DNA of 64,000 bases, from assembly GCF_003334405.1 (NCBI RefSeq), contig NZ_QOWM01000006.1. One strand, given 5' to 3'. Of the stretch, positions 43,526 through 55,328 are shown piece by piece. The position numbers and the translations under genes were made by a program. How positions within the stretch are numbered: position 1 is the first letter of the stretch; each line of letters opens with the position of its first letter. The notes under the pieces were generated by a model. That model was given only the letters and a program-made list of their open reading frames with translations, was not told the origin of the DNA and did no database searches. Origin of the DNA: Escherichia coli (lineage in GTDB: Bacteria > Pseudomonadota > Gammaproteobacteria > Enterobacterales > Enterobacteriaceae).

Positions 43526-46123
43526 TTACTGAATCTGACACCGAATTCCATTCAGAATAATAGATTGTGCTATTTTTTCTGCTTCTGGGCTTTGTTGATA
43601 ATGCGCAAGACAACTTACGGGTTTACTTTGTTCGAGCCATTTAATGCTGATATTTCCCTGCTGCTCAATACCACGAACAAATGCTTGTCCACCCTGTCCA
43701 ACATTACCAATGACATTGCCTTGCTCATCATAAATATCTGCAGCAAATGGAATATTTTTACCATCACTTCGTGTGATGTTCATAATGGCTGATTGCCCTT
43801 GCACGGTTTCAAAATCAGCAAAGACGACTGAACCCTGACGCGGTACAGCTACTGCACTGGTACTTTTTAATTCAACATCGTTCTCAAGATCGTTGATATC
43901 CAGCGCGATACGGTTTTCATGATAAGGAGAAAGAGCGCTGGTGACACCATAACCCCATCGATCGATAGTACTGTTGCCATAATTTATTCGCGCTCCTTGA
44001 GCACCTGGAGCCTGAACTACCGCCAGTGTATCGGAGTCGCTAAAACTATCATTACTGAAAGTCAGTCCACCGCTATGCAATACAAAACCACCGTCGGTGC
44101 TGAGAGAAACTTGACGGCTGTTATCGCTATTTGCAGAAATTGAACCTGCCAGCGTTCCCCATGGTGACTCATAGCTGGCATAACCCCCAACATAACTCAA
44201 ATCTTTGCTGGCTTTATTCATCGTATAGCCAGTATTCACGCTATAACTGACGCGAGCGTTATCGCTATAGCCACTGCTGCTAACGTTGAGTTGGTTATTA
44301 CCCTTAAAGTCACTGCTTATTTGAGTATCAATACTCTGGAAACCTGAAGTACGTTGTTCAGTGCCAAGTAATTTTTCAATTGGAATGGTGAAACTAAGAT
44401 AAACGCTATCGTCAGTGTCGCCGTCTTCATTCCATGAACGCTGGGCACTGACACTGTAGCTGCCCCAGGATGTACTGTTACTGTAGCCAATAGAGTAATT
44501 GCTACGATTTTGTCCGGAAGCCCAGTAATCGGACCAACTTCCGGAAAGATAAAATGAACCGTAATCTTTTTTCTCAAATTTCAACGGTTGGTTAATACTG
44601 ACCGTAACCTGATTTTTCATGCGTGAGTAATTACGCATGGATTTCGGTTCAAGATCTTGTTCGGGATGTTTCACTTCATCAATTAGAGTTAGTGCATCAT
44701 TAAGACCAAGGTAATTCTGTGTCGAATAGCGATAGGCCGCGATATTCAGTGAAGTACTTGTTTCTTCGAATAACTTGTTCCAGGAAACACGATAACTTTG
44801 CCCCTGGTATGTTTTATCATCCGGGATACGAACATTGGAATGAGTCACATCGAAAGAAAATGCACCAACTGAAGTATTCAGACCAAGACCTAACAAACCA
44901 GCGGTATAGTTATTATCGGTTATCTGAATACCGGTATAACCCGTCAGATAGTTATTCAGGCCGTAGTAGTAGCTTGCTTGAAATAAATTAGGCTCATCCT
45001 GAATATCATCTTTTAAGACCTGACCGCCGCTAATATCCCAACGTCCAACGCCAGGGCGTAACATTTGAACAACGGATGAGAAAGGTTGCGAGAATGTCCG
45101 CTTTGAGCCATCGGATTCTTCGATGGTAACAATAAGATCGCTGCCGTACCCTGACGGACTCAGATCATCAATGACGAAAGCGCCTGGCGGCACCGTCGTT
45201 TCATAAATCTTATAGCCACCTTGCGTAATAGTGACTTTGGCGTTGGTATTGGCAACGCCATGAATGATAGGCGCAAAGCTGGCTAAAGTCGGAGGCAACA
45301 TGCGGCTGTCACTGTATAAACGAATGCCTCGGATACTGACGGAATCAAAGGTTTCGCCCGTCGTATAAGACTCACCAAGAATGAGTTGAGAACGCAGCGA
45401 GGCGATATCACGCTGAACATACCGATTCTTAAAATCATAATTACTGCCAGAATCGGTCATCCAGTTGTAGTTGCCCGAGGCACGCAGTCGCCATGCACCT
45501 AAATTCATCCCACCGTTAAATGCAGCATAAATGCTTTCATTTTTTCGACCAGGGGTTTCACTATGATATCCGTTGAGGTTGTATGACAACATGGCCGCAT
45601 TAATGCCGTTTTCCCATAACGATGGATCAACATAGTTTTGGTAATTTTTCATTACCCAGGCTTGAGGAACGTCTATATCCAGACGTTGATCGTTAACGTC
45701 ATAACGAACAGAAGCCTGAGGGATAATTTCCGTCAAATTGAGGCAATTGCCGAGCGTTTCATCCCTGGCAAGCAGAACGGCTTTTTCGTTATTTATATCG
45801 GGAGAATTAATATGAAACTGCAATAAATTCTTTAATGTGATACAAGCCTGGGCGTTCTTTTTTCCTTCAATTGCGACAAATGTAATACTTTGGTTAATGA
45901 TTGGTTGGTCGTTTACATAAACACTGACGTCGTAAACACCCGGTATAGCGGGGTTACCTTCACTGTACCGGCTGAGATCAATATTAGATGCATTCTGCCC
46001 CATCAGGAAGGTATGGTCATATTCAACGAGTTCAGCACTGAAAGCAGTATTGCAATACAGCAGCGCGCAAAACGTGGCGATACGGGTCAGATGATGATAA
46101 TTTTTAGTATATTCTATAGTCAC
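43526..46123 (-). CDS. htrE: Outer-membrane fimbrial usher
   Basis: 865-aa ORF, usher family, recognised as HtrE. Confidence 0.93.
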   Translation of the reverse strand: MTIEYTKNYHHLTRIATFCALLYCNTAFSAELVEYDHTFLMGQNASNIDLSRYSEGNPAIPGVYDVSVYVNDQPIINQSITFVAIEGKKNAQACITLKNLLQFHINSPDINNEKAVLLARDETLGNCLNLTEIIPQASVRYDVNDQRLDIDVPQAWVMKNYQNYVDPSLWENGINAAMLSYNLNGYHSETPGRKNESIYAAFNGGMNLGAWRLRASGNYNWMTDSGSNYDFKNRYVQRDIASLRSQLILGESYTTGETFDSVSIRGIRLYSDSRMLPPTLASFAPIIHGVANTNAKVTITQGGYKIYETTVPPGAFVIDDLSPSGYGSDLIVTIEESDGSKRTFSQPFSSVVQMLRPGVGRWDISGGQVLKDDIQDEPNLFQASYYYGLNNYLTGYTGIQITDNNYTAGLLGLGLNTSVGAFSFDVTHSNVRIPDDKTYQGQSYRVSWNKLFEETSTSLNIAAYRYSTQNYLGLNDALTLIDEVKHPEQDLEPKSMRNYSRMKNQVTVSINQPLKFEKKDYGSFYLSGSWSDYWASGQNRSNYSIGYSNSTSWGSYSVSAQRSWNEDGDTDDSVYLSFTIPIEKLLGTEQRTSGFQSIDTQISSDFKGNNQLNVSSSGYSDNARVSYSVNTGYTMNKASKDLSYVGGYASYESPWGTLAGSISANSDNSRQVSLSTDGGFVLHSGGLTFSNDSFSDSDTLAVVQAPGAQGARINYGNSTIDRWGYGVTSALSPYHENRIALDINDLENDVELKSTSAVAVPRQGSVVFADFETVQGQSAIMNITRSDGKNIPFAADIYDEQGNVIGNVGQGGQAFVRGIEQQGNISIKWLEQSKPVSCLAHYQQSPEAEKIAQSIILNGIRCQIQ

Positions 46124-46157
46124 GCTATGCTTCCTGCGGAATTATATCCTTGCCTGA

Positions 46158-46898
46158 TTACAGCCTGGCATTACCTTCAATTGCGCCACCAAAGTCATTA
46201 ATGGCGTAAAAATGCACTTTTGCAGAATTCGCTTTGCCATTAAGGCCATTGACTTTCATGACCTCATCACTAAATGGTGCAATCATTTTCACATCAATCG
46301 GATAGCGTTTACCGCTAGCTTCTAAATCACCACTGCTAAAAGAGACGTAGTAAGGGGTTGGATTGGTCACTCGTAATGACGCCTTACCTTCTGAACCTGA
46401 CCAGAACCACTTCAGGGCTAACGGGGCTTCAGAGGGATTTCCCTTCAATCCATCCGGGCGATAGAAAAGTTTTATACGTGTGCGAAATGCCAGTTGCAGC
46501 AGGCTTTGATTCGCGACCTTTTCTGCATCTGGTTTTGGTGGAACTTCCAGTACGTTAAACCAGAACACGCTCTCTCTGTCTTTAGGCAGTGAGGTGCTGG
46601 CTGTGTACATTAATTTGATTGTTTGCCCACGTTTGGCATCAATACGCGATACTGGCGGCGTAGCAGTAAAAGGGACTGTAATACTGCCAGGCTCAGCGTT
46701 GTCATCGCCAGTATCTAACCAACTCTGGACAAGCAACGGGTTATTCCCTTTATTTTCCAGACGTACGTTGACACTTTTTTGATCGCTTTTATATATTACG
46801 CGAGTACCCGAAATGACAATGTCCGCAATAGACGATGAACTAAAAGCCATACAGGTTACGAAGCATAAAGCTGTTGTATGTTTGGTGTTAAAAAACAT
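46158..46898 (-). CDS. yadV: Periplasmic fimbrial chaperone (PapD-like)
   Basis: 246-aa ORF with signal peptide and PapD-fold sequence; also known as EcpD. Confidence 0.9.
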   Translation of the reverse strand: MFFNTKHTTALCFVTCMAFSSSSIADIVISGTRVIYKSDQKSVNVRLENKGNNPLLVQSWLDTGDDNAEPGSITVPFTATPPVSRIDAKRGQTIKLMYTASTSLPKDRESVFWFNVLEVPPKPDAEKVANQSLLQLAFRTRIKLFYRPDGLKGNPSEAPLALKWFWSGSEGKASLRVTNPTPYYVSFSSGDLEASGKRYPIDVKMIAPFSDEVMKVNGLNGKANSAKVHFYAINDFGGAIEGNARL

Positions 46899-46926
46899 AA
46901 ACCATCCCTGATAGAGTTAATTAAAA

Positions 46927-46962
46927 CAGGGAATAATATAAAATAGAAATTATTATTCCCTG
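46927..46962 (-). other. Stem-loop between the major pilin gene yadN and chaperone gene yadV
   Basis: cagggaataat - 14-nt loop - attattccctg, perfect 11-bp stem in an otherwise AT-rich spacer. Confidence 0.5.
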
Positions 46963-46995
46963 TATATTCATTCAATCAATTTAACTGGTGAATAC

Positions 46996-47580
46996 TTACT
47001 GATAAGTAATGGTGTATGCAGTGTTAGTTTTTACATAACCAGCAGTTGCTGTTTGGTCTGCGACGGCACGAACGTAAGACGCTTTAAAATCATAAACAGC
47101 AGATTTTGTCGTTGCATCCAGGGCTTTAGTATACACATCGCCAGGGTTGTTAATTTGAACCTGTTTGATAGTGGAACCATCAATATTGTGTAGAGCGATA
47201 TTAACGCCGTCAGATGGGTTGTTAATAGACATGTCGTTGTTCAAAGTCCCTTTGCTGTTACCAAAGAAAACAGAACCGAAGGTCATTTTAGCCGTGCTAC
47301 CTGGATTCGGATTTGCTTTGCTGCAGTCAACGGTGATGCTGAAAGGTTTAGCTTTAGCGCCAACGGTGTCATTCAGTACGCCAGCATCGATTTCACCAAC
47401 GGTTGCGGTTTGCAGCAGGATCAGACCATCCTTGTTACCGCCGTCAACGCGGGTTTCACAGGTGTTATCAACAACCAGACCACTGATATTTAACTGACCG
47501 CCGTCCATATCAGCAGAAGCAGTACCTGCAACCATCGCCAGCATAAGACCAGACAGGGCAAAACCTAATTTTTTAGACAT
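46996..47580 (-). CDS. yadN: Fimbrial major subunit
   Basis: 194-aa ORF with signal peptide; first gene of the operon; pilin C-terminal motif (..YTITYQ). Confidence 0.9.
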
Positions 47581-47949
47581 AAAAATCCTTTAATAAAATT
47601 CCATTAGTCAGACTACATGTTTGAAGAATGACTATTCATGACACAAATAGGAGAAACAAATGTTAGATATTAATGAGCAATGATATTTGTTACCCAAATT
47701 TACAACCATTGTTCATTAGGTCGCCTATTGTGCACTTTAGAAGCTTTTGAACAAATTAAATTTACTTAATTCAAAATTAAGTAAAAATAAGTTCACAAGT
47801 GCAATTGGTTAGGGTATGGAGATGGGATTGATATTTATTTATAGGAAGTTATATTATTTCCGCAAAGAGATGTTTAAACTAAAATCGTAATTAAGGAAAG
47901 AGATGAGATATGATTTTCAGAAAATATTTATATTCGCAATATAAATAAA

Positions 47950-48429
47950 TTACCATTTGTTTAATTTGTCAAATGCTCTTGTATGTAAGATTTGACGCAA
48001 CATCTCCCCATCAGGAAACACCAACTCCGGCGCGATTTCAAACAGCGGCCACAGCATAAATCCACGATTCTTCATATCGTAGTGCGGAACGGTCAGGCGT
48101 TCAGTATTTATCACTTCATTACCAAACAGCATGATGTCGAGATCCAGCGTGCGTGGTCCCCAGCGTTCAGCTTTGCGGACGCGACCTTGCTGCAATTCAA
48201 TACGCTGTGTGTGATTGAGTAGCTCTTCAGGTGCAAGAGAGGTTTCCAGCGCCACGGCTGCGTTTAAGTAATCGGGTTGATCTTGCGGCCCCAGCGGTGG
48301 GGTGCGGTAAAACGAAGAAACGGTAAGAATGTGGCTTTCAGGGATATCGCCTAATGCTTTCAGGGCAGCATTGACCTGCTCCAGCGGAGAGGCCAGATTG
48401 CTGCCTATGGCAATATACGCCACTGTCAT
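47950..48429 (-). CDS. folK: 2-amino-4-hydroxy-6-hydroxymethyldihydropteridine pyrophosphokinase
   Basis: 159-aa ORF recognised as FolK; start overlaps the pcnB stop (ATGA-type junction). Confidence 0.95.
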
Positions 48430-49823
48430 GCGGTACCCTCACGACGTGGTGCGCGTTTGCGTGGACGACGAGTACGACGACGCGGTGACGGTTCTTCATC
48501 CAGCTCGTTGAGCATCCCTTTTTGGTCTGGTGGCGCGGAAACCTGGAACTCACCCCACCATTTCACCAGACGCTGCAGTTCAGCGTTACGCTCAACTTCA
48601 GCTCGCAAGGCCAACAGGTCATAAGCCGCACGGAACTTAGGATGCTCCAGCAGTTTCCATGCGCGTTTACCCTGACGACGGGACATACGCAACTGCAACT
48701 GCCAGATATCGCGGGTTAATGTCGTCAGACGTTTCGGGATTGCCAGTGAACGGCAGGCTTCGTCCAGCACGTCGTTCATCGCCAGCGCGAAAGCGTCGTG
48801 ATAGGTCAGGCCGCTTTCCTGGGCGATCTTCTGTGCCGTCTCCAGCAGTGGGTACCAGAACATGGCGGCAAACAGGAACGCCGGGTTCACGCGCATATCG
48901 TTATGGATACGCGTATCGGTATTCTTCAGCACCTGTTCAATGATCCGCTCCATCGGGCTGTCGCCATTTTCCGTGAAGTAGCGGGTAATGGTCGGGAACA
49001 GCGGCTGGAACAGATGATATTCACACAACAGCTTATAGGTTTCGTAACCGTAGCCCGCTTGTAGCAGTTTAAGCGATTCTTCAAACAGGCGTGCCGGTGG
49101 GATATCGTTCAGCAGGGTAGCGAGGCGAGGGATCGGTTCTGCGGTTTCCGGGCTGATGCGCATACCCAATTTGGCGGCAAAACGTACCGCGCGCAGCATA
49201 CGTACCGGATCTTCACGGTAGCGCGTTTCCGGGTTACCAATCAGACGGATAACGCCGTCCTTCAGATCCTTCATGCCGCCAACGTAATCACGGACGGTAA
49301 AATCCGCTACGCTGTAATACAGGCTGTTGATAGTGAAATCGCGGCGCTGGGCGTCTTCTTCGATGGAGCCGAAAATGTTGTCGCGCAGCAACATGCCGTT
49401 TTGCCCGCGTTGGGAGGTCGTGCGGTCGCTGACGTTACCTTCGTGGTGTCCACGGAAGGTCGCAACTTCGATAATCTCCGGGCCAAACATTACATGAGCC
49501 AGACGGAAACGGCGACCCACCAGGCGGCAGTTACGGAACAGTTTGCGCACCTGCTCAGGCGTGGCGTTAGTGGTTACGTCAAAATCTTTCGGCTTTTTGC
49601 CAAGTAACAGGTCGCGCACGCCGCCGCCAACCAGCCAGGCTTCGTATCCCGCTTTATTGAGCCTGTACATTACCTTCAGGGCATTTTCACTGATATCTTT
49701 GCGGGAAATAGCATGCTGCTCACGCGGGATCACCGTCACCTGTGGACGGGCGACTGCCTGTTCAGCCTCGCTTTCCTCGCGGCTTAGCACCTTGCGGCAA
49801 AAATTAGCGACTCGGGTAAAAAT
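48426..49823 (-). CDS. pcnB: Poly(A) polymerase I
   Basis: Recognised as PcnB; start assigned to the AUU codon at 49821-49823 (literature-reported non-canonical start) rather than the upstream in-frame TTG at 49844. Confidence 0.85.
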
Positions 49824-49882
49824 AGTACACCTCGGTAGTGTCAAACATCATTCAGGACAAAAAAATAGCGGCTAATCATAGC

Positions 49883-50779
49883 TCAGCATGACGCATTTGA
49901 GAATGTTGAATTTACAATTGCCGACTCGGGCACGGCGGTAAGCCGCCAGTTTTTGACGGCTGACTGAAGGATTTGCTCGACGCTGAAATCCTGCCAGTGT
50001 GCTTCTGCCTGCTGCCCCAGAAATTGAAGTGCCGCGATTAGTACCGGGCGTGGATCGCCTTTCGGCAACGCAGGCGCATGATTCTGCTTGGAAAGTTTAG
50101 CGCCTTGTGGATTAAGCGCCAGCGGCAGATGAATGTAATCTGGCACTTTCCAGCCAAAAAGCTGGTACAGCGAGATTTGCCTTACTGTTGGTTCAATCAG
50201 ATCAGCCCCACGCACTATTTCTGTAACGCCCTGGAAATGATCATCAACCACAACAGCCAGGTTGTAGGCGAACAACCCATCACGGCGATGAATGATAAAA
50301 TCTTCCCGTGCCAGTTTTTCGTCGGCGTGAATAATGCCGCGCAGCTGGTCAGTAAATTGCGTGACCGGATGCTGCTGGCGGATACGCACTGCGGCGTTGT
50401 CTGGTCCATGATGCAACACCCGGCAATGACCGTCGTAAATACCGCCAATGCTTTGAATACGCGCACGCGTACAGGTGCAGTAATAACTTAGTCCTTGTTC
50501 ATGTAACCAGGCGAGTGCTTCACGATAGGCGTCGTGACGTTGCGATTGCCAGAGAACATCGCCGTCCCAGTGCAGACCGTAATGTTCCAGCTGGCGCAGG
50601 ATAGTTTCTGCGGCACCGGGAACTTCACGAGGCGGGTCGATATCTTCTATGCGTACCAGCCAGCGACCTTGCCGGGCGCGAGCCTGCAAATAGCTGCCGA
50701 GCGCGGCGATCAGAGAGCCAAAATGAAGCTCGCCGGAAGGAGAGGGGGCGAAGCGGCCAATATACTGTGTGTCTGTCAT
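49883..50779 (-). CDS. gluQ: Glutamyl-Q tRNA(Asp) synthetase
   Basis: Truncated GluRS catalytic domain paralogue; start placed at [16 protein letters not shown]; an in-frame upstream start at 50809 is possible. Confidence 0.85.
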   Translation of the reverse strand: MTDTQYIGRFAPSPSGELHFGSLIAALGSYLQARARQGRWLVRIEDIDPPREVPGAAETILRQLEHYGLHWDGDVLWQSQRHDAYREALAWLHEQGLSYYCTCTRARIQSIGGIYDGHCRVLHHGPDNAAVRIRQQHPVTQFTDQLRGIIHADEKLAREDFIIHRRDGLFAYNLAVVVDDHFQGVTEIVRGADLIEPTVRQISLYQLFGWKVPDYIHLPLALNPQGAKLSKQNHAPALPKGDPRPVLIAALQFLGQQAEAHWQDFSVEQILQSAVKNWRLTAVPESAIVNSTFSNASC

Positions 50780-50845
50780 CTCTTTGAACAAAAAATAAGG
50801 CGGGAGCATTTCCCGCCTGTGGTAAACGTGATGGAACGGCTGTAA

Positions 50846-51301
50846 TTAGCCAGCCATCTGTTTTTCGCGAATTTCAGCCAGCGTTTTGCAGTCGATGCAC
50901 AGATCGGCTGTCGGGCGCGCTTCCAGACGGCGAATACCAATTTCAACACCGCAGGATTCGCAGTAGCCGAAATCTTCGTCTTCCACTTTTTTCAGCGTCT
51001 TCTCGATCTTTTTGATCAGCTTACGCTCGCGATCGCGGTTACGCAGTTCGAGGCTGAACTCTTCTTCCTGGGCTGCACGGTCTACCGGGTCCGGGAAGTT
51101 GGCTGCTTCATCCTGCATATGTGTAACGGTGCGATCGACTTCATCCCTGAGTTGATTACGCCATGCTTCCAGAATACGACGGAAGTGCGCCAGCTGGGCT
51201 TCATTCATATACTCTTCGCCCGGCTTCTCCTGATATGGTTCCACCCCAGCGATGGCGAGAATACTCAGGGACGATGTTTTACGGTTTTGCCCTTCTTGCA
51301 T
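50846..51301 (-). CDS. dksA: RNA polymerase-binding transcription factor DksA
   Basis: Start placed at [11 protein letters not shown]...; C4 zinc finger [25 protein letters not shown]. Confidence 0.95.
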   Translation of the reverse strand: MQEGQNRKTSSLSILAIAGVEPYQEKPGEEYMNEAQLAHFRRILEAWRNQLRDEVDRTVTHMQDEAANFPDPVDRAAQEEEFSLELRNRDRERKLIKKIEKTLKKVEDEDFGYCESCGVEIGIRRLEARPTADLCIDCKTLAEIREKQMAG

Positions 51302-51478
51302 GTTGCTTCTCCTTAACACGCACTATCGATCCCCATGTTCGGGGGAAAAATGAGGCCGCTATAAATAGCAGATGCTTTTCCGGATAGCAATTATCTAAAC
51401 GTAACACTTGACAACTGTGTGAGGAAAAGCGTATTTGCGCACGCGACCAGAATGTAAATTAACCAGTTACTTACTTTA

Positions 51479-52728
<1,250 letters not shown>

Positions 52729-52801
52729 GTGAGGCACTCGGTTATGAATTACCGCGATGCTACAATGTGGCGCGAAGAATGTTAACCCTCTGGAGCGTTT
52801 T

Positions 52802-55231
52802 GTGTCGTCGTTGCCCGTTGCTGCCGTCTTACCTGAATTACTTACCGCTCTCGATTGTGCGCCGCAGGTATTATTAAGTGCGCCGACCGGGGCCGGGAAA
52901 TCAACCTGGCTGCCGCTGCAACTGCTGGCGCATCCCGGCATTAACGGGAAAATTATCCTGCTGGAGCCGCGTCGTCTGGCGGCGCGTAACGTCGCGCAAC
53001 GGCTGGCGGAGCTGCTTAACGAAAAGCCAGGCGATACCGTTGGCTACCGGATGCGTGCGCAAAACTGCGTCGGGCCGAATACCCGCCTGGAAGTGGTTAC
53101 CGAAGGCGTGCTGACGCGCATGATCCAGCGTGACCCGGAACTGAGCGGTGTTGGACTGGTGATCCTTGATGAATTTCATGAGCGCAGCTTGCAGGCGGAT
53201 TTGGCGTTGGCGCTGTTACTCGATGTGCAACAAGGTCTGCGTGATGACCTTAAACTGCTGATTATGTCGGCTACCCTGGACAACGACCGCTTGCAGCAAA
53301 TGCTGCCAGAAGCGCCTGTCGTCATCTCAGAAGGGCGCTCGTTTCCGGTTGAACGCCGTTATTTACCGCTGCCCGCGCATCAGCGTTTTGACGATGCCGT
53401 TGCGGTAGCCACCGCTGAAATGCTGCGTCAGGAAAGCGGATCATTACTGTTATTTTTACCTGGCGTCGGAGAAATTCAGCGTGTGCAGGAACAACTGGCT
53501 TCGCGCATCGGCAGTGATGTATTGCTCTGCCCGCTGTATGGCGCGTTGTCGCTGAACGATCAGCGAAAAGCGATCCTCCCGGCACCGCAAGGGATGCGCA
53601 AAGTGGTGCTGGCGACCAATATTGCTGAAACCAGTTTAACCATTGAAGGTATTCGTCTGGTGGTGGATTGTGCCCAGGAGCGTGTGGCGCGTTTTGATCC
53701 GCGCACGGGGCTTACGCGACTGATTACTCAACGCGTTAGCCAGGCATCCATGACGCAGCGTGCCGGGCGCGCCGGGCGTCTGGAGCCGGGTATCAGCCTG
53801 CATTTAATCGCCAAAGAACAAGCAGAACGCGCCGCGGCGCAAAGTGAACCGGAGATCTTACAAAGCGATCTTTCCGGTTTGCTGATGGAATTACTGCAAT
53901 GGGGATGCAGCGATCCGGCGCAGATGAGCTGGCTGGATCAACCGCCAGTAGTGAATCTACTGGCCGCGAAACGTCTGTTACAAATGCTGGGGGCACTGGA
54001 GGGTGAACGGCTTAGTGCGCAAGGGCAAAAAATGGCAGCGCTGGGTAACGATCCGCGTTTAGCGGCAATGCTGGTTAGCGCGAAGAACGACGACGAAGCT
54101 GCTACCGCGGCAAAAATTGCCGCCATTCTCGAAGAGCCGCCACGGATGGGCAATAGTGACCTGGGCGTGGCGTTTTCGCGCAATCAACCAGCCTGGCAGC
54201 AACGTAGTCAGCAACTGTTAAAACGCTTAAACGTACGTGGCGGTGAGGCAGACAGTTCGCTTATCGCGCCGCTACTTGCCGGGGCGTTTGCCGATCGCAT
54301 TGCTCGTCGCCGTGGGCAAGATGGACGCTATCAACTGGCAAACGGCATGGGAGCGATGCTCGATGCCAACGACGCGCTAAGCCGCCACGAATGGTTGATC
54401 GCACCGTTATTATTGCAGGGCAGCGCCTCGCCGGATGCGCGGATTTTACTGGCGCTGCTGGTCGATATTGATGAGTTAGTACAACGCTGCTCGCAGCTGG
54501 TACAGCAGTCTGACACTGTGGAGTGGGATGACGCGCAAGGTACGCTGAAAGCCTGGCGTCGGCTACAAATCGGTCAGTTGACGGTGAAAGTGCAGCCGCT
54601 GGCGAAACCGTCAGAAGACGAGTTGCATCAGGCGATGCTTAATGGCATCCGTGATAAAGGTTTAAGCGTGCTCAACTGGACGGCGGAAGCGGAACAGCTA
54701 CGCTTGCGTTTGTTATGCGCCGCAAAGTGGTTGCCGGAATATGACTGGCCAGCGGTTGATGATGAAAGTTTATTGGCAGCGCTGGAAACGTGGCTGCTGC
54801 CACATATGACTGGCGTACATTCACTACGCGGCCTGAAATCACTCGACATTTATCAGGCACTACGCGGATTACTTGATTGGGGAATGCAGCAACGTCTGGA
54901 TAGTGAATTGCCTGCGCATTACACTGTGCCGACGGGAAGCCGGATCGCCATTCGTTATCATGAAGATAACCCGCCCGCGCTGGCGGTGAGAATGCAAGAG
55001 ATGTTTGGCGAGGCCACCAATCCGACGATCGCCCAGGGGCGCGTGCCGCTGGTGCTGGAGTTGCTTTCACCTGCCCAAAGGCCATTACAAATCACACGAG
55101 ATTTGAGCGCCTTCTGGAAAGGAGCGTACCGTGAGGTGCAAAAAGAGATGAAAGGGCGTTATCCCAAACATGTCTGGCCGGACGACCCGGCAAATACTGC
55201 ACCGACGCGACGGACGAAAAAGTATTCGTAA
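52802..55231 (+). CDS. hrpB: ATP-dependent RNA helicase HrpB (DEAH-box)
   Basis: Start placed at in-frame GTG (VSSLPVAAV.. read as MSSLPV); Walker A APTGAGKST and DEFHER motif present. Confidence 0.9.
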   Translation: MSSLPVAAVLPELLTALDCAPQVLLSAPTGAGKSTWLPLQLLAHPGINGKIILLEPRRLAARNVAQRLAELLNEKPGDTVGYRMRAQNCVGPNTRLEVVTEGVLTRMIQRDPELSGVGLVILDEFHERSLQADLALALLLDVQQGLRDDLKLLIMSATLDNDRLQQMLPEAPVVISEGRSFPVERRYLPLPAHQRFDDAVAVATAEMLRQESGSLLLFLPGVGEIQRVQEQLASRIGSDVLLCPLYGALSLNDQRKAILPAPQGMRKVVLATNIAETSLTIEGIRLVVDCAQERVARFDPRTGLTRLITQRVSQASMTQRAGRAGRLEPGISLHLIAKEQAERAAAQSEPEILQSDLSGLLMELLQWGCSDPAQMSWLDQPPVVNLLAAKRLLQMLGALEGERLSAQGQKMAALGNDPRLAAMLVSAKNDDEAATAAKIAAILEEPPRMGNSDLGVAFSRNQPAWQQRSQQLLKRLNVRGGEADSSLIAPLLAGAFADRIARRRGQDGRYQLANGMGAMLDANDALSRHEWLIAPLLLQGSASPDARILLALLVDIDELVQRCSQLVQQSDTVEWDDAQGTLKAWRRLQIGQLTVKVQPLAKPSEDELHQAMLNGIRDKGLSVLNWTAEAEQLRLRLLCAAKWLPEYDWPAVDDESLLAALETWLLPHMTGVHSLRGLKSLDIYQALRGLLDWGMQQRLDSELPAHYTVPTGSRIAIRYHEDNPPALAVRMQEMFGEATNPTIAQGRVPLVLELLSPAQRPLQITRDLSAFWKGAYREVQKEMKGRYPKHVWPDDPANTAPTRRTKKYS

Positions 55232-55243
55232 GGTTGGTTTTCT

Positions 55244-55328
55244 CCCTCTCCCTGTGGGAGAGGGCCGGGGTGAGGGCATCAGCGCGCACGTTCACCCTCA
55301 CCCTAACCCTCTCCCTCAAGGGAGAGGG
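55244..55328. repeat. Composite GC-rich palindromic element with three perfect 9-bp stems, between hrpB and mrcB
   Basis: ccctctccc-tgt-gggagaggg (55244-55264); gggtgaggg ... ccctcaccc (55268-55303); ccctctccc-tcaa-gggagaggg (55307-55328). Not a classical REP. Confidence 0.8.

Noticed and set aside
52729-52941. 71-codon N-terminal extension of thpR from the ORF-track start
   Set aside because: It would overlap the hrpB start and encodes no 2H-phosphoesterase sequence; the internal Met gives the recognised 176-aa protein.
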